NCBI GenBank assembly: GCA_050298055.1
Contig: JBNKTL010000019.1
Coordinates: forward strand, 1 to 64,000
Source of the DNA: Spirochaetota bacterium
GTDB taxonomy: Bacteria > Spirochaetota > UBA4802 > UBA5550
Direction of reading: 5' to 3'
DNA length: 64,000 bases
Position numbers and translations under genes: made by a program. Below, in pieces: positions 32,580 through 41,357 of the stretch; the first letter of the stretch is position 1, and each line of letters begins with the position of its first letter. Under the pieces are notes generated by a model that saw only the letters and a program-made list of their open reading frames with translations, made no database searches and was not told where the DNA came from.

Positions 32580-33551
32580 ATGAAGTTAACTAGATTACAC
32601 CCCCCCCTCTCCCTTCCTTCTCCTTCAAATCTCTGGGAGAGGGGGCCGGGGGGTGAGGGCATAAAAGTTCAGAAAGAATCGATTCCTACAAGAAAGAGGA
32701 AATATCTTCTATTATTTCTTTTTATAATAATTTCAATTCCGGCCGTTTCAGCAGAATTTGACATCCATGACCTGGTACGCCTTCTTCAGGAATCCCCGGA
32801 AGAAAAAGTCCCAAAAGAATATATGGAAACGAGGGACGGTATTCTCTTCCTGAGCGGAAAGAGCAGGGCCGCAGAAGCAAACAACAGGGCGGCAGAATTA
32901 ATGAAAAAAGGAAAGTTTACCGAAGCTGAAAAAATATTAACCAGGGCCCTGAAGCATGACGCTCTTTTTTTCCCGTTCAGATTTAACCTTGGGATCTGCT
33001 ATCTCTATCTCAACAAACTCAAAATGTCCCTGATAAACTTTACAAAAGCCCAGCAGGTCTTTCCCGAATACTCAAGAACATATTTGAGGATAGGCTATAT
33101 CTATCAGCGCTGGAACATGGAGAACAAGGCAATCTCATCTTTCCGTGAAGCATTGAGGAGAAACAGGAAGGAGCTCGATACATTTATCCTGATCGGTGAC
33201 ATCTACTTCCAGAGGAACCAGCTGGAACTGGCAAAAAAATATTACGAAACATCACTGACTGTTGACAACAGGTTCCCCAATGGGCTCCTGGGGCTTGCAA
33301 AAGTCCTCTTTAAAAAAGGAAAATACATCCAGTCTATTGTACAACTGAAAACAGTAAAAACCGACGGCAAATACGACAAGGCCCTCCACTTCTACTACGC
33401 TGAAGCCTCATTTAAGCTCCGGGACTATAAAAAAGCCGCAGAAGAATATGAGAAACTGCTGCAGTTCAAGAACGATAAATTCTTTCTCACCTACTCCAGG
33501 GAGTTAATCAAACACAAGCTTGATCTGAGCAGGCGGTTTACAGGGCAGTAG
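32580..33551 (+). CDS. Exported TPR-repeat protein (start revised to ATG 32580)
   Basis: Signal-like LLLFLFIIISIPAVSA and repeated NLG/LG..Y TPR helices. The ORF-track start overlaps the upstream gene. Confidence 0.8.
   Translation: MKLTRLHPPLSLPSPSNLWERGPGGEGIKVQKESIPTRKRKYLLLFLFIIISIPAVSAEFDIHDLVRLLQESPEEKVPKEYMETRDGILFLSGKSRAAEANNRAAELMKKGKFTEAEKILTRALKHDALFFPFRFNLGICYLYLNKLKMSLINFTKAQQVFPEYSRTYLRIGYIYQRWNMENKAISSFREALRRNRKELDTFILIGDIYFQRNQLELAKKYYETSLTVDNRFPNGLLGLAKVLFKKGKYIQSIVQLKTVKTDGKYDKALHFYYAEASFKLRDYKKAAEEYEKLLQFKNDKFFLTYSRELIKHKLDLSRRFTGQ
32600..32660 (+). repeat. REP-like palindromic element inside the 5' coding region
   Basis: ccccctctccc (32603-32613) pairs with gggagaggggg (32635-32645), followed by ccggggggtgaggg. 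Confidence 0.7.
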
Positions 33552-33700
33552 GTCCATATTCAAACTTCTCTCATAGGATATTGCATAACATATGCCTGAG
33601 TCCCCCTCTATTTTTTACGATTTTGATTCATTAGTTTATTGACTTTTTTTTATACATCAATACTTTTTATTATAGATGATAAGACTTTGAAGGTATTAAA

Positions 33701-33910
33701 ATGAAGAATATGAAATACACGGTTTGGAAAGAAGATAAGTTTTTTGTATCTCAATGTCTCAATGTTGATATATCCAGTTTTGGATGCACTATTGATGAAG
33801 CTGTGAATAATCTCAGGGAAGCCCTGGAATTATATTTTGAGGATAATGAAAACCCGGTATATACAGATATTGAGAATGTCATGATCGGTGAGTGCCTGGT
33901 TAATGCCTAA
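33701..33910 (+). CDS. hicB: Short HicB-family antitoxin
   Basis: FVSQCLNVDISSFGCTIDEAVNNLREALELYFE; no C-terminal DNA-binding domain. Confidence 0.88.
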   Translation: MKNMKYTVWKEDKFFVSQCLNVDISSFGCTIDEAVNNLREALELYFEDNENPVYTDIENVMIGECLVNA

Positions 33911-34109
33911 ACTTTATTCTTCAAAAGAAATTATAAATATTCTCGAAAATAAAGGGTTTATTTTTAAATCTCAAAAAGGAAGTCACTGCAAATATATTAA
34001 AGATAATCGTATTGTAATTGTACCGCATCCAAAAAAAGAAATACCCTCTGGAACATTTTCATCTATTTTGAGACAGTCGGGGCTTAATAAAGAGGATTTT
34101 TTAATATAA
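33903..34109 (+). CDS. hicA: HicA-family mRNA interferase (start ATG 33903)
   Basis: EIINILENKGF..QKGSH..VIVPHPKKEIPSGTFSSILRQSGL; overlaps the hicB stop. Confidence 0.92.
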   Translation: MPKLYSSKEIINILENKGFIFKSQKGSHCKYIKDNRIVIVPHPKKEIPSGTFSSILRQSGLNKEDFLI

Positions 34110-34165
34110 AAACTCAAGTTATTTGAGCCCGTATCAGTTATTTCCATAAGAAATGTATTGTTAAA

Positions 34166-35275
34166 TCAATAAAACGTGATTTTATTAATAAACGAATAAG
34201 GAATCCTTAATAAAATCGGCTGATAGATTGCCGGGTTTATATATATGGCATAGATATTTTTTTCCGTGGAAAATATCTCCTTCCCGGAGTAGTAGATGTA
34301 GAAGATCCGCGTCTTGATCTCCGGGAGTTTATCCGGCAGATAGACTGTGGCAGGTTGTATCTTTTCCAACCGGGAAAAATCCCGGAAAGCCGCCAGGTTT
34401 ATCCAGCCGCCGCTCCCGCAGAAAATAACCAGGTACTTTTTCAGGAACTCATTGTATGAGAGTGAAGGCTCACCGAATACTTCACCAAAATATCCATGGG
34501 CATCCTTCAGTTTCTGTGACCACGAACCGTCTTTTTTCAGGAAGCTGTAATTTTCTCTCTTTTCTATTCCCGCGGGTCTTACCCGGGCAAAATACCCGTT
34601 GACTTTTTTTCCGGAACTCCCATGTCCTATGAGGTAGAGGTATCCATCTTTTAATATCACAGAGTCCCCGAATACGGGTTCATTTTCCCTGAAGATCCTG
34701 CCGATCTTCCTGAAATTCACTCTGTCACCCGGTTTCCATCCTGCGGGAATATCCCAGTATGCCAGACCCGTACCAAAAACAGTGAAAGGGAGAACTCCTT
34801 TCCTTTTTTGCATTTTGACGATAATATAGTAGAGATAGAGTCGTTCTTTGATTTTAATTCCGTCAATTGCCCATATTTTGTAATATGCTCCGTCATTTCT
34901 CTTTTTCGGATCAATGAAGCTTGTGACTTTGCCTTTTTTCTTTAAGAATTTGAATGTAAGATCACCGATCTTTTCATTATCGGGATATTCGGTAAAGGCA
35001 AGGGAATTGCTTATCATCCCTTTAAACCGGGCTGAATTTTCAAAGGTCATACTCGCGGTCACATCTCCTTTCCACTCCCCGAACAGGGTATCACCGAAGG
35101 TCCAGAGAACATATCTTTTGTCTATGGGAACCGGCGTACATCCGTCCTGCCCGGCAACATCTGCCAGCCGGCTTTTCCCGAAAATACCGAGATTTTCAAC
35201 CTTTTCCGGTGAAGTACAGGATGCAAGGAACAGGAATGTTAATATTAGAATTATTTTCTTTTGATTAAAAATCAT
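34166..35275 (-). CDS. DUF4185-like lipoprotein
   Basis: Lipobox LASC, GQDG, LWTFGDT, SNSLA, EPSLSYN. Confidence 0.65.
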   Translation of the reverse strand: MIFNQKKIILILTFLFLASCTSPEKVENLGIFGKSRLADVAGQDGCTPVPIDKRYVLWTFGDTLFGEWKGDVTASMTFENSARFKGMISNSLAFTEYPDNEKIGDLTFKFLKKKGKVTSFIDPKKRNDGAYYKIWAIDGIKIKERLYLYYIIVKMQKRKGVLPFTVFGTGLAYWDIPAGWKPGDRVNFRKIGRIFRENEPVFGDSVILKDGYLYLIGHGSSGKKVNGYFARVRPAGIEKRENYSFLKKDGSWSQKLKDAHGYFGEVFGEPSLSYNEFLKKYLVIFCGSGGWINLAAFRDFSRLEKIQPATVYLPDKLPEIKTRIFYIYYSGKEIFSTEKNIYAIYINPAIYQPILLRIPYSFINKITFY

Positions 35276-35288
35276 CTATGTAACAAAA

Positions 35289-35359
35289 AAGTTACGAGTT
35301 TCAAGTTCCGAGTTTTTTGCAGAATTAACATGGAACTTGAAACCAGCAACTCGAAACTA
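35289..35359. repeat. Inverted array of heptamer repeats
   Basis: aagttac-gagtttc-aagttcc-gagtttt ... ggaactt-gaaacca-gcaactc-gaaacta, containing a perfect 12-bp inverted repeat (35298-35309 / 35332-35343). Confidence 0.6.
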
Positions 35360-35360
35360 A

Positions 35361-36677
35361 TCAATAATTAACCCTGGCCCCAAGCATTATTTCAACAACA
35401 ACCCCCTCCGTATCATGGGCAGCAAGAGCATCAAAGGCGCCCCCGGGGAAGAAAAAGCCCGCGGTAAGAAACAGAGAGAGCGCTTCCCTGTAGATATACT
35501 CTGCCCTGAAATCCGCTTCACTTCCCAGCCAGTTACTGGAATTTCCATTAAATTCAAATTCCTTTGTTGTCCTGAAATCCAATCCCTTAAAGACCATGGT
35601 AACGGAATCGAAGAGGGCATATCGTATTCTCATGCCATATCCGTAGAGACCATACCAGCTGGACTCACCGCTCCCTCTGAAAGCAAGCCCCCCCTGGTCA
35701 TCAACCACAATAAAAGAAAAACCATGAGAAGACTTAATGTCCTGAAATGAATTTTTATCAAATGCATTTGACGCATCTCCTGTGGCCCCCTCGGCAACAG
35801 CGGATACCTGGAAACTCCCCACCCGGTACCCGGCATCAATCTCCATGAGGCCTGCGTTTATATCGGTTTTGTTAAACCTGGATGTTGTTCCATTCCAGAG
35901 ATAAAGCTTTCCCCGGTTATAGATCCCGCCCAGTTTCAGGTGAAATCCGCCTGCAAGGATCTTATTGTGAAAACCGATCCAGTGAAGTCCTGACTTTCTC
36001 TCATCACTGCCACCGGCAACATCCTCATATGAATCCCGCTCATAGACATAGTAAATCTCATTGGTCATGGTCGGAATGAATTTTATCTTCATCCCGCCAA
36101 AGTAAATATTATCGTCGGAATATTTCGGAGGGTCAGAGTTGTTCCCGAAGCTGTCGTCAGCATCATCGTAAGCTTTGACAACCGCGGCATAAACATTCAG
36201 GCTGTTCTTCATAAATGAATGATCATACTGCGCCCCTGAAGCGTCCCGGGCAAGGATATACCCTCCGGGAAGACTGAAGGGACGCAGCCCCAGTGAAAAT
36301 TCTGAACTTTCAGTAGGGTTTATGACCATATAAACATCCCTGGTCACAAGATTTGTCTCTCCACTCCCTATGGCAAAACCGCCTTTTCCCAATTTTGCGC
36401 TAACATCAAAAACCGCCCTGATCTGAACATTGGGAAGGGCCTTAAGATAAAACCTGTTTCTGAAAAAGAGATCTTCATAATATGCGTTCTTATAATCATC
36501 AGCATAATCGAAGTTATTCCCCACCTGTGATTTGCTTGTAAGGTTCCAGTGCCTGATACGAAGAAATCCGGAAAGATCAAGGTTTTCAAGGGTGGGATCT
36601 ATTTCAGCTGAGAACAATTTCGGAACAACAGGTGATAAAATCAGAACAAAAGCAGCTATGTATATAATTCTCTTCAT
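35361..36677 (-). CDS. Outer-membrane beta-barrel (alginate-export/porin-like); start revised to MKRIIY
   Basis: Signal peptide, alternating aromatic beta-strands, C-terminal IMLGARVNY barrel signature. Confidence 0.7.
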   Translation of the reverse strand: MKRIIYIAAFVLILSPVVPKLFSAEIDPTLENLDLSGFLRIRHWNLTSKSQVGNNFDYADDYKNAYYEDLFFRNRFYLKALPNVQIRAVFDVSAKLGKGGFAIGSGETNLVTRDVYMVINPTESSEFSLGLRPFSLPGGYILARDASGAQYDHSFMKNSLNVYAAVVKAYDDADDSFGNNSDPPKYSDDNIYFGGMKIKFIPTMTNEIYYVYERDSYEDVAGGSDERKSGLHWIGFHNKILAGGFHLKLGGIYNRGKLYLWNGTTSRFNKTDINAGLMEIDAGYRVGSFQVSAVAEGATGDASNAFDKNSFQDIKSSHGFSFIVVDDQGGLAFRGSGESSWYGLYGYGMRIRYALFDSVTMVFKGLDFRTTKEFEFNGNSSNWLGSEADFRAEYIYREALSLFLTAGFFFPGGAFDALAAHDTEGVVVEIMLGARVNY

Positions 36678-36691
36678 AATGTTTTTTACTC

Positions 36692-37516
36692 TTATTTCTG
36701 GTCGTATTTTTTCAGCCATTCTTCAATCAGCCCTTCTCTTATTAATTCTTCAATGAACACATCGACCTGGTTTTTTAAAATTGTGTCCCCAAAGGGAAGG
36801 CCCGCGCAGATCTTCTCAACAAGGCTCCCCCCTGTGAGAAGCCTGTAGGGTGTTCTGTATGACGCGCTGGTGCTGTAAAGATACTGCAGGTAAAGTGAAT
36901 CGTGAACAAAACCGTGAGCTTTCCCCGATTTCAGCATATTGAGCCCTTCCTCAGTGGTCTTTACAATGACTTTCGGCATATTGGGCATCTTATTATTGAG
37001 GAGGTATTCATAGGTGCTTCCCTTCTTTACGGCAAACCGGAACCTGCTTATTCTCTTCAGGTCCCAGATTGTCTTGATAGGGCTCTCCTCAAATTCATCT
37101 CCAAACCTGGTCTGCGGCAATACTCCTTTAACAACAAGCACTCCGGGGGAAAGGGTAATATAGGGTTTGGAAAACCAGATATATCTTGCCCGTTGAATAT
37201 TTCGAGAAAACCCCGCAATGACAATATCCACTTTTCCTTTTCTGAGAGCGGGAAGAAACTCACCAACTGTCATGGGAACCTTAACAACCCTGACCCCCAG
37301 AAATTCACCAAGTTTCTTTGCCATTTCAATTTCCACACCCTTCTTTCCCGAATGAAAATTCAGTGGCGGATAGTGTGTTGAAATCCCTATCCTGATGACT
37401 TTTTTATCCATGATGCTTTTATAAACCTGGCCCGGGTTATAGCTGTCAGCATTCAGGGAAATACTTATTAGCAGAACGGTTACCGGTAAAAATATTCTCC
37501 GCTTTAAAATACGCAT
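36692..37516 (-). CDS. Family 3 (amino-acid type) periplasmic substrate-binding protein; start revised to MRILK
   Basis: IRIGISTHYPPLNF, GKVDIVIAG, FSKPY, VKKGST. SD GAGG before ATG 37516. Confidence 0.88.
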   Translation of the reverse strand: MRILKRRIFLPVTVLLISISLNADSYNPGQVYKSIMDKKVIRIGISTHYPPLNFHSGKKGVEIEMAKKLGEFLGVRVVKVPMTVGEFLPALRKGKVDIVIAGFSRNIQRARYIWFSKPYITLSPGVLVVKGVLPQTRFGDEFEESPIKTIWDLKRISRFRFAVKKGSTYEYLLNNKMPNMPKVIVKTTEEGLNMLKSGKAHGFVHDSLYLQYLYSTSASYRTPYRLLTGGSLVEKICAGLPFGDTILKNQVDVFIEELIREGLIEEWLKKYDQK

Positions 37517-37629
37517 TTCGACCTCTGTTGAACCTGTATTATGACGTTGATCGTAACATCGATTCAACATCAAAAAAGTACATTAATCAAGGAAAAAAAT
37601 GAAATATTATAATAGATGCTACTTAGCTA

Positions 37630-37843
37630 TGTCATAGCGAGCGCAGCGTGGCTCATCTCGATACGATCCTGCTCACCGGGCAGCCAGGAAACGGCGTGTT
37701 GATATGCAGGATCACTCGATGAGCATCAGTTGTGTTCCCCGAGTGATTTGCCGCTTTATTGATACAGTGCTTTGTGTTTTAAAATACGGCAAATTGTATC
37801 GAGGGGAACGGATCATTGCGTCGTTTCGCTTCTCATGATAACA
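37630..37843. repeat. Nested palindromic MITE/REP-like element
   Basis: Stems gatcctgc/gcaggatc, gttcccc/ggggaac and atttgccg/cggcaaat, inside degenerate outer arms gtcatagcgagcgcagcgtggc ... cattgcgtcgtttcgcttctcatga. Confidence 0.55.
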
Positions 37844-37883
37844 GAGTCTTCAACTCGGAATTTGGAACACGAAACCCGGAACT

Positions 37884-40800
37884 CTACTCTATCCTCAACC
37901 GGGAAATTTCCACCTTGTAGAGATTATGAGTGTTATTAAGCATCTTCTTGACGTTCTGGATCAATTCCCTGTCTGTTGATCTCTTCTGGACGTACATTTC
38001 AATCTCCTTGAGTTGTTTGCCCAGCTTCAACCCGATATCTTCAAGGTCACCGGCGATTGAAATCGAAGAAGTCGCCGTTGTCTTAAGTCTCAGTTTCTTA
38101 AGCTCCTGTTCAATCTGAGAATCCTGTTCTTTCTTCTCCTCTTCCTCTTTAATCTTTTCTTCAATCAGACTATTGGCAATTTCATGGAAATTAATGGGGT
38201 TGATAACCTCAAAGTGTTCATATCCTGAAGAGTAACTGGTATAAAGCATTTCAGAAACAGGATTTACCGCAAAAGCCTTCTCTACGATGTCAAGGGTATT
38301 CCGGTCCAGAATTATCCTGTTATCAAGTATATCACTGTTTGAAGCATCCATGCTGAAAAAGGGAAGATGAATGATCTCATCATTGAGCAGATCCACTTCA
38401 CCGGTGATAATCTGCATTTTTGTTTTAATGGATTTATTTACGATCCTTGACCGGGTAAATGTATTAATATTTTCGTTTATGAGAAGTGACGTTTCTATGG
38501 CCGGAATTGTATCGACAAAAATTGCCACAATACCCCGGCTGCTCATTCTTGATATGATGCCTTTGTTATCAAGTATATCCTGTACCATAAGAGTTTTTAT
38601 TTTTAAATTCAGGCTGATGAGTTCGGATATGTCAATCTCATCTATATCCTCCTCATAGCTGATATTGATATTCAGTAATGTGACTTTTCTCTTTTTAAGA
38701 TTACTGACCTCAATAATTTCCTGTTCGGTTTTTGGTTCAATATCTCCCAGATCAGGCGCTTCATACTTTCTGAAAATATTAACGATAAAGCTGTCGACCT
38801 CCTTCAGATCTTCCTCGGGAAGCATTTCGAGAACTGAGATTATATCGTCTGTGATACCATACTCCTCTTTCAGCAGTGATACAAGGAAGAATGAAAATTC
38901 AACAGACCTCAGGTCCCCGAGAATCGTCAGGATTTCTCTCTGAATGCTCTTATTCTTGATAATAAGCATATCCCTGATTGACTTGAGAGCTTCCTTGTTC
39001 CCCAGTTTTACGAGCAGGAGACATGAATAGACCCTTATCCTGATACCCGGTTCCTTGAGGTATTCGGAAAGGTGTTTCATCACCGTTCTCTTGTCAAAGT
39101 CGTGGCTTATTGTTGCAATTGAACCGATAGCCCGTACAATATGGTCCTTTGTATCATTGTCAGTAATTGAATAGAAGAGCTCATGAAGGTATTCAATATC
39201 TGCCTCCAGGCCGCATTTTCCCACTCCAAGGATACCCAGTCTCAGGATATTCTGGTTCTTTGTTATGCTGATTATCTTTTTTAAAACCTGGTTGGCTGTG
39301 GCATTTCCCTCAATATCCCTCTCAATGAGGATATTGATAGCCAGTTCCACAATCTCTGATTCTGCAGTAATATTATTATGGATGAATTCAAGGAGGACAT
39401 TCAGCGACCGTTGTTCCGTGAAAAGGGAAATCAGCTGAAGGGATTTTAGTTTCTCACTGTCATTTCCTGTTGTAAGCAGGACCTCTATTTCCCCGAGCAT
39501 ATAAGAGTAGTTTAATACGGAAAGTGTATAGATGGCTTTATCTGTAATTTCCGGATCGGGATATTTTTTGAGATAGTTATAGATATTAACCAGTGTGGAA
39601 GACGCGTCATTGATATAAAGCCTGCTTATTATTTCACACAGGCGTATAATCCTGTTCCTGAGATATCTCTTCTCAAAATTAAGGTCCTCTATCCTGGTTG
39701 CCGAATTCTCCCGTGATTTATTATCGGTGTCGAAGAATATCTCAATAAGGTGGTTGAGGACATTTTCGTCATCCCGATCCAGGTGCTTAACATAGTCTCC
39801 TAACTCCCTTACAATATTCCTTATTGCTGACGAGTCATCGTGATTTAAAAAAGTCAGGATCTTCCTCTTGTACTCGGGATTGAGTTTTTCAAGGATAAAA
39901 ACCCTTATCTTCTGAAAGCTCTCGGGTAAACTCTTTTCAGCTACATCCGTTATCATGAACTCCTTTCTAAATGTTTCGAAGTAAGTTTCAAGTGTAACAA
40001 CAATGTAGCTGTAAAGCTTGTCTTTAAGGATATTGTACTGTCTTGAGATCCTCTCCTGCGTGAAAAACCTTGTAAAAATAGTTATGATCAACTCATTCTC
40101 AACCGGGAATTCGGTTGTAAGAGCAATGAGATTTCTGAACAGCTTATCCGGGTCCCTGATCCTGTTGATGTTGATGAAAAGAGCGTAAAGTGTCAATATG
40201 ACAAGCTTCCTGTCACCGGATGTAAGGGCTTTCATAGTATAGATCAGGTATTCCCTGTGGTTGCAGGAGATCATGGCACAGATAAAAGCGACCTTTGTCT
40301 CAACCGAGTATAAATCAAACCTGGATGAGAGCTTGCCAAGGAGCACCCTGATATCAAGGAGTATTTTATCTTCATCCTCCTCCGAATAGGTAAACAGGGC
40401 CGATTCATCAGTACTGTTTTTTATCGCTTCATCTGTGAGTTTTTTATTCAGGTCATAGATTGACCTGTAAACAGCGTAACAGAGCCTGTCATCTCCTTCC
40501 TTAAGAATATTCTCAAATGTGGATGTGGCTTTGAATTTTGAAAGTGAAAGGATACCCAGTGCCTTTATCTCCATATCAATCTCTTCACCGGAAACAAGGG
40601 AAAGCAGGTAATTCAGCACATCCTCTGACTCTCCTGAAGCCGATTTCAATGCCTCAAAGGCCGTGGTTAAAACAGGAAGCTCTTCCGGATCATCTTTCTT
40701 TGAATCAATATAGTCAATAATATCCTGTACAATTTCCTCATTCCCGTTGTCCCTGATGTGAGAAAAAATCAGGATCTTTTCTTCACGTGAAAGATCACTC

Positions 40801-41039
40801 TTTAAAAGGGGTATAAGGGCCTTCATGACCTCAGGTCTCCTGAACTTTACCAGAACAGATATTGCACTGGACCTGATATAAGGTCCCTTATCCAGTTCCT
40901 TTAAGAGGATATCCAACCCGGTATCAGATTTGAGAATACCGAGGATCTTATGAAATGACAGTCTCTCATAGGGTACCAGTTTAAAACTTCTGCTGATTTC
41001 AAGCTTTATTGACTGGAGGAAACTTTTTTCTTTTACCAA
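37884..41039 (-). CDS. Large HEAT/ARM-repeat protein with a degenerate class III nucleotidyl-cyclase-like domain and a C-terminal coiled coil
   Basis: HEAT-like repeats (IRSSAISVL, IVRAIGSI, IRVYSCLLLVKLG). Cyclase-like beta/alpha pattern at about 38700-38200. Confidence 0.65.
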   Translation of the reverse strand: MVKEKSFLQSIKLEISRSFKLVPYERLSFHKILGILKSDTGLDILLKELDKGPYIRSSAISVLVKFRRPEVMKALIPLLKSDLSREEKILIFSHIRDNGNEEIVQDIIDYIDSKKDDPEELPVLTTAFEALKSASGESEDVLNYLLSLVSGEEIDMEIKALGILSLSKFKATSTFENILKEGDDRLCYAVYRSIYDLNKKLTDEAIKNSTDESALFTYSEEDEDKILLDIRVLLGKLSSRFDLYSVETKVAFICAMISCNHREYLIYTMKALTSGDRKLVILTLYALFININRIRDPDKLFRNLIALTTEFPVENELIITIFTRFFTQERISRQYNILKDKLYSYIVVTLETYFETFRKEFMITDVAEKSLPESFQKIRVFILEKLNPEYKRKILTFLNHDDSSAIRNIVRELGDYVKHLDRDDENVLNHLIEIFFDTDNKSRENSATRIEDLNFEKRYLRNRIIRLCEIISRLYINDASSTLVNIYNYLKKYPDPEITDKAIYTLSVLNYSYMLGEIEVLLTTGNDSEKLKSLQLISLFTEQRSLNVLLEFIHNNITAESEIVELAINILIERDIEGNATANQVLKKIISITKNQNILRLGILGVGKCGLEADIEYLHELFYSITDNDTKDHIVRAIGSIATISHDFDKRTVMKHLSEYLKEPGIRIRVYSCLLLVKLGNKEALKSIRDMLIIKNKSIQREILTILGDLRSVEFSFFLVSLLKEEYGITDDIISVLEMLPEEDLKEVDSFIVNIFRKYEAPDLGDIEPKTEQEIIEVSNLKKRKVTLLNINISYEEDIDEIDISELISLNLKIKTLMVQDILDNKGIISRMSSRGIVAIFVDTIPAIETSLLINENINTFTRSRIVNKSIKTKMQIITGEVDLLNDEIIHLPFFSMDASNSDILDNRIILDRNTLDIVEKAFAVNPVSEMLYTSYSSGYEHFEVINPINFHEIANSLIEEKIKEEEEKKEQDSQIEQELKKLRLKTTATSSISIAGDLEDIGLKLGKQLKEIEMYVQKRSTDRELIQNVKKMLNNTHNLYKVEISRLRIE

Positions 41040-41242
41040 TTCCGTTTACCTGTATTACACATTTGTCTCATATTTTAATATATTTCATTCTATTTCAAGA
41101 ACAATTCCAAATGAATGGATGAATAAAAGAATCTTCTCTTTAAAATCATATAATGATTATTATGCCAGGCTTCAGTAATTAAAAAGATAACTCTTATGGG
41201 GTGAAACCCCCTACATTTTACCATTAAATTTATGAAAACAAA

Positions 41243-41272
41243 TTGACGAGTTGGAGAGAATATTGTTATATT
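41243..41272 (+). promoter_or_regulatory. Candidate sigma70 promoter
   Basis: TTGACG-18 nt-TATATT with an extended TG, upstream of the lipoprotein gene. Confidence 0.4.
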
Positions 41273-41357
41273 AACATTTTATTCAAAAAGGGGCTATCAG
41301 GAACTCTGTAGTTTTCAAGATTGTGTCCCTTAAAAATGTAAATCAGAAAGAGGTATT

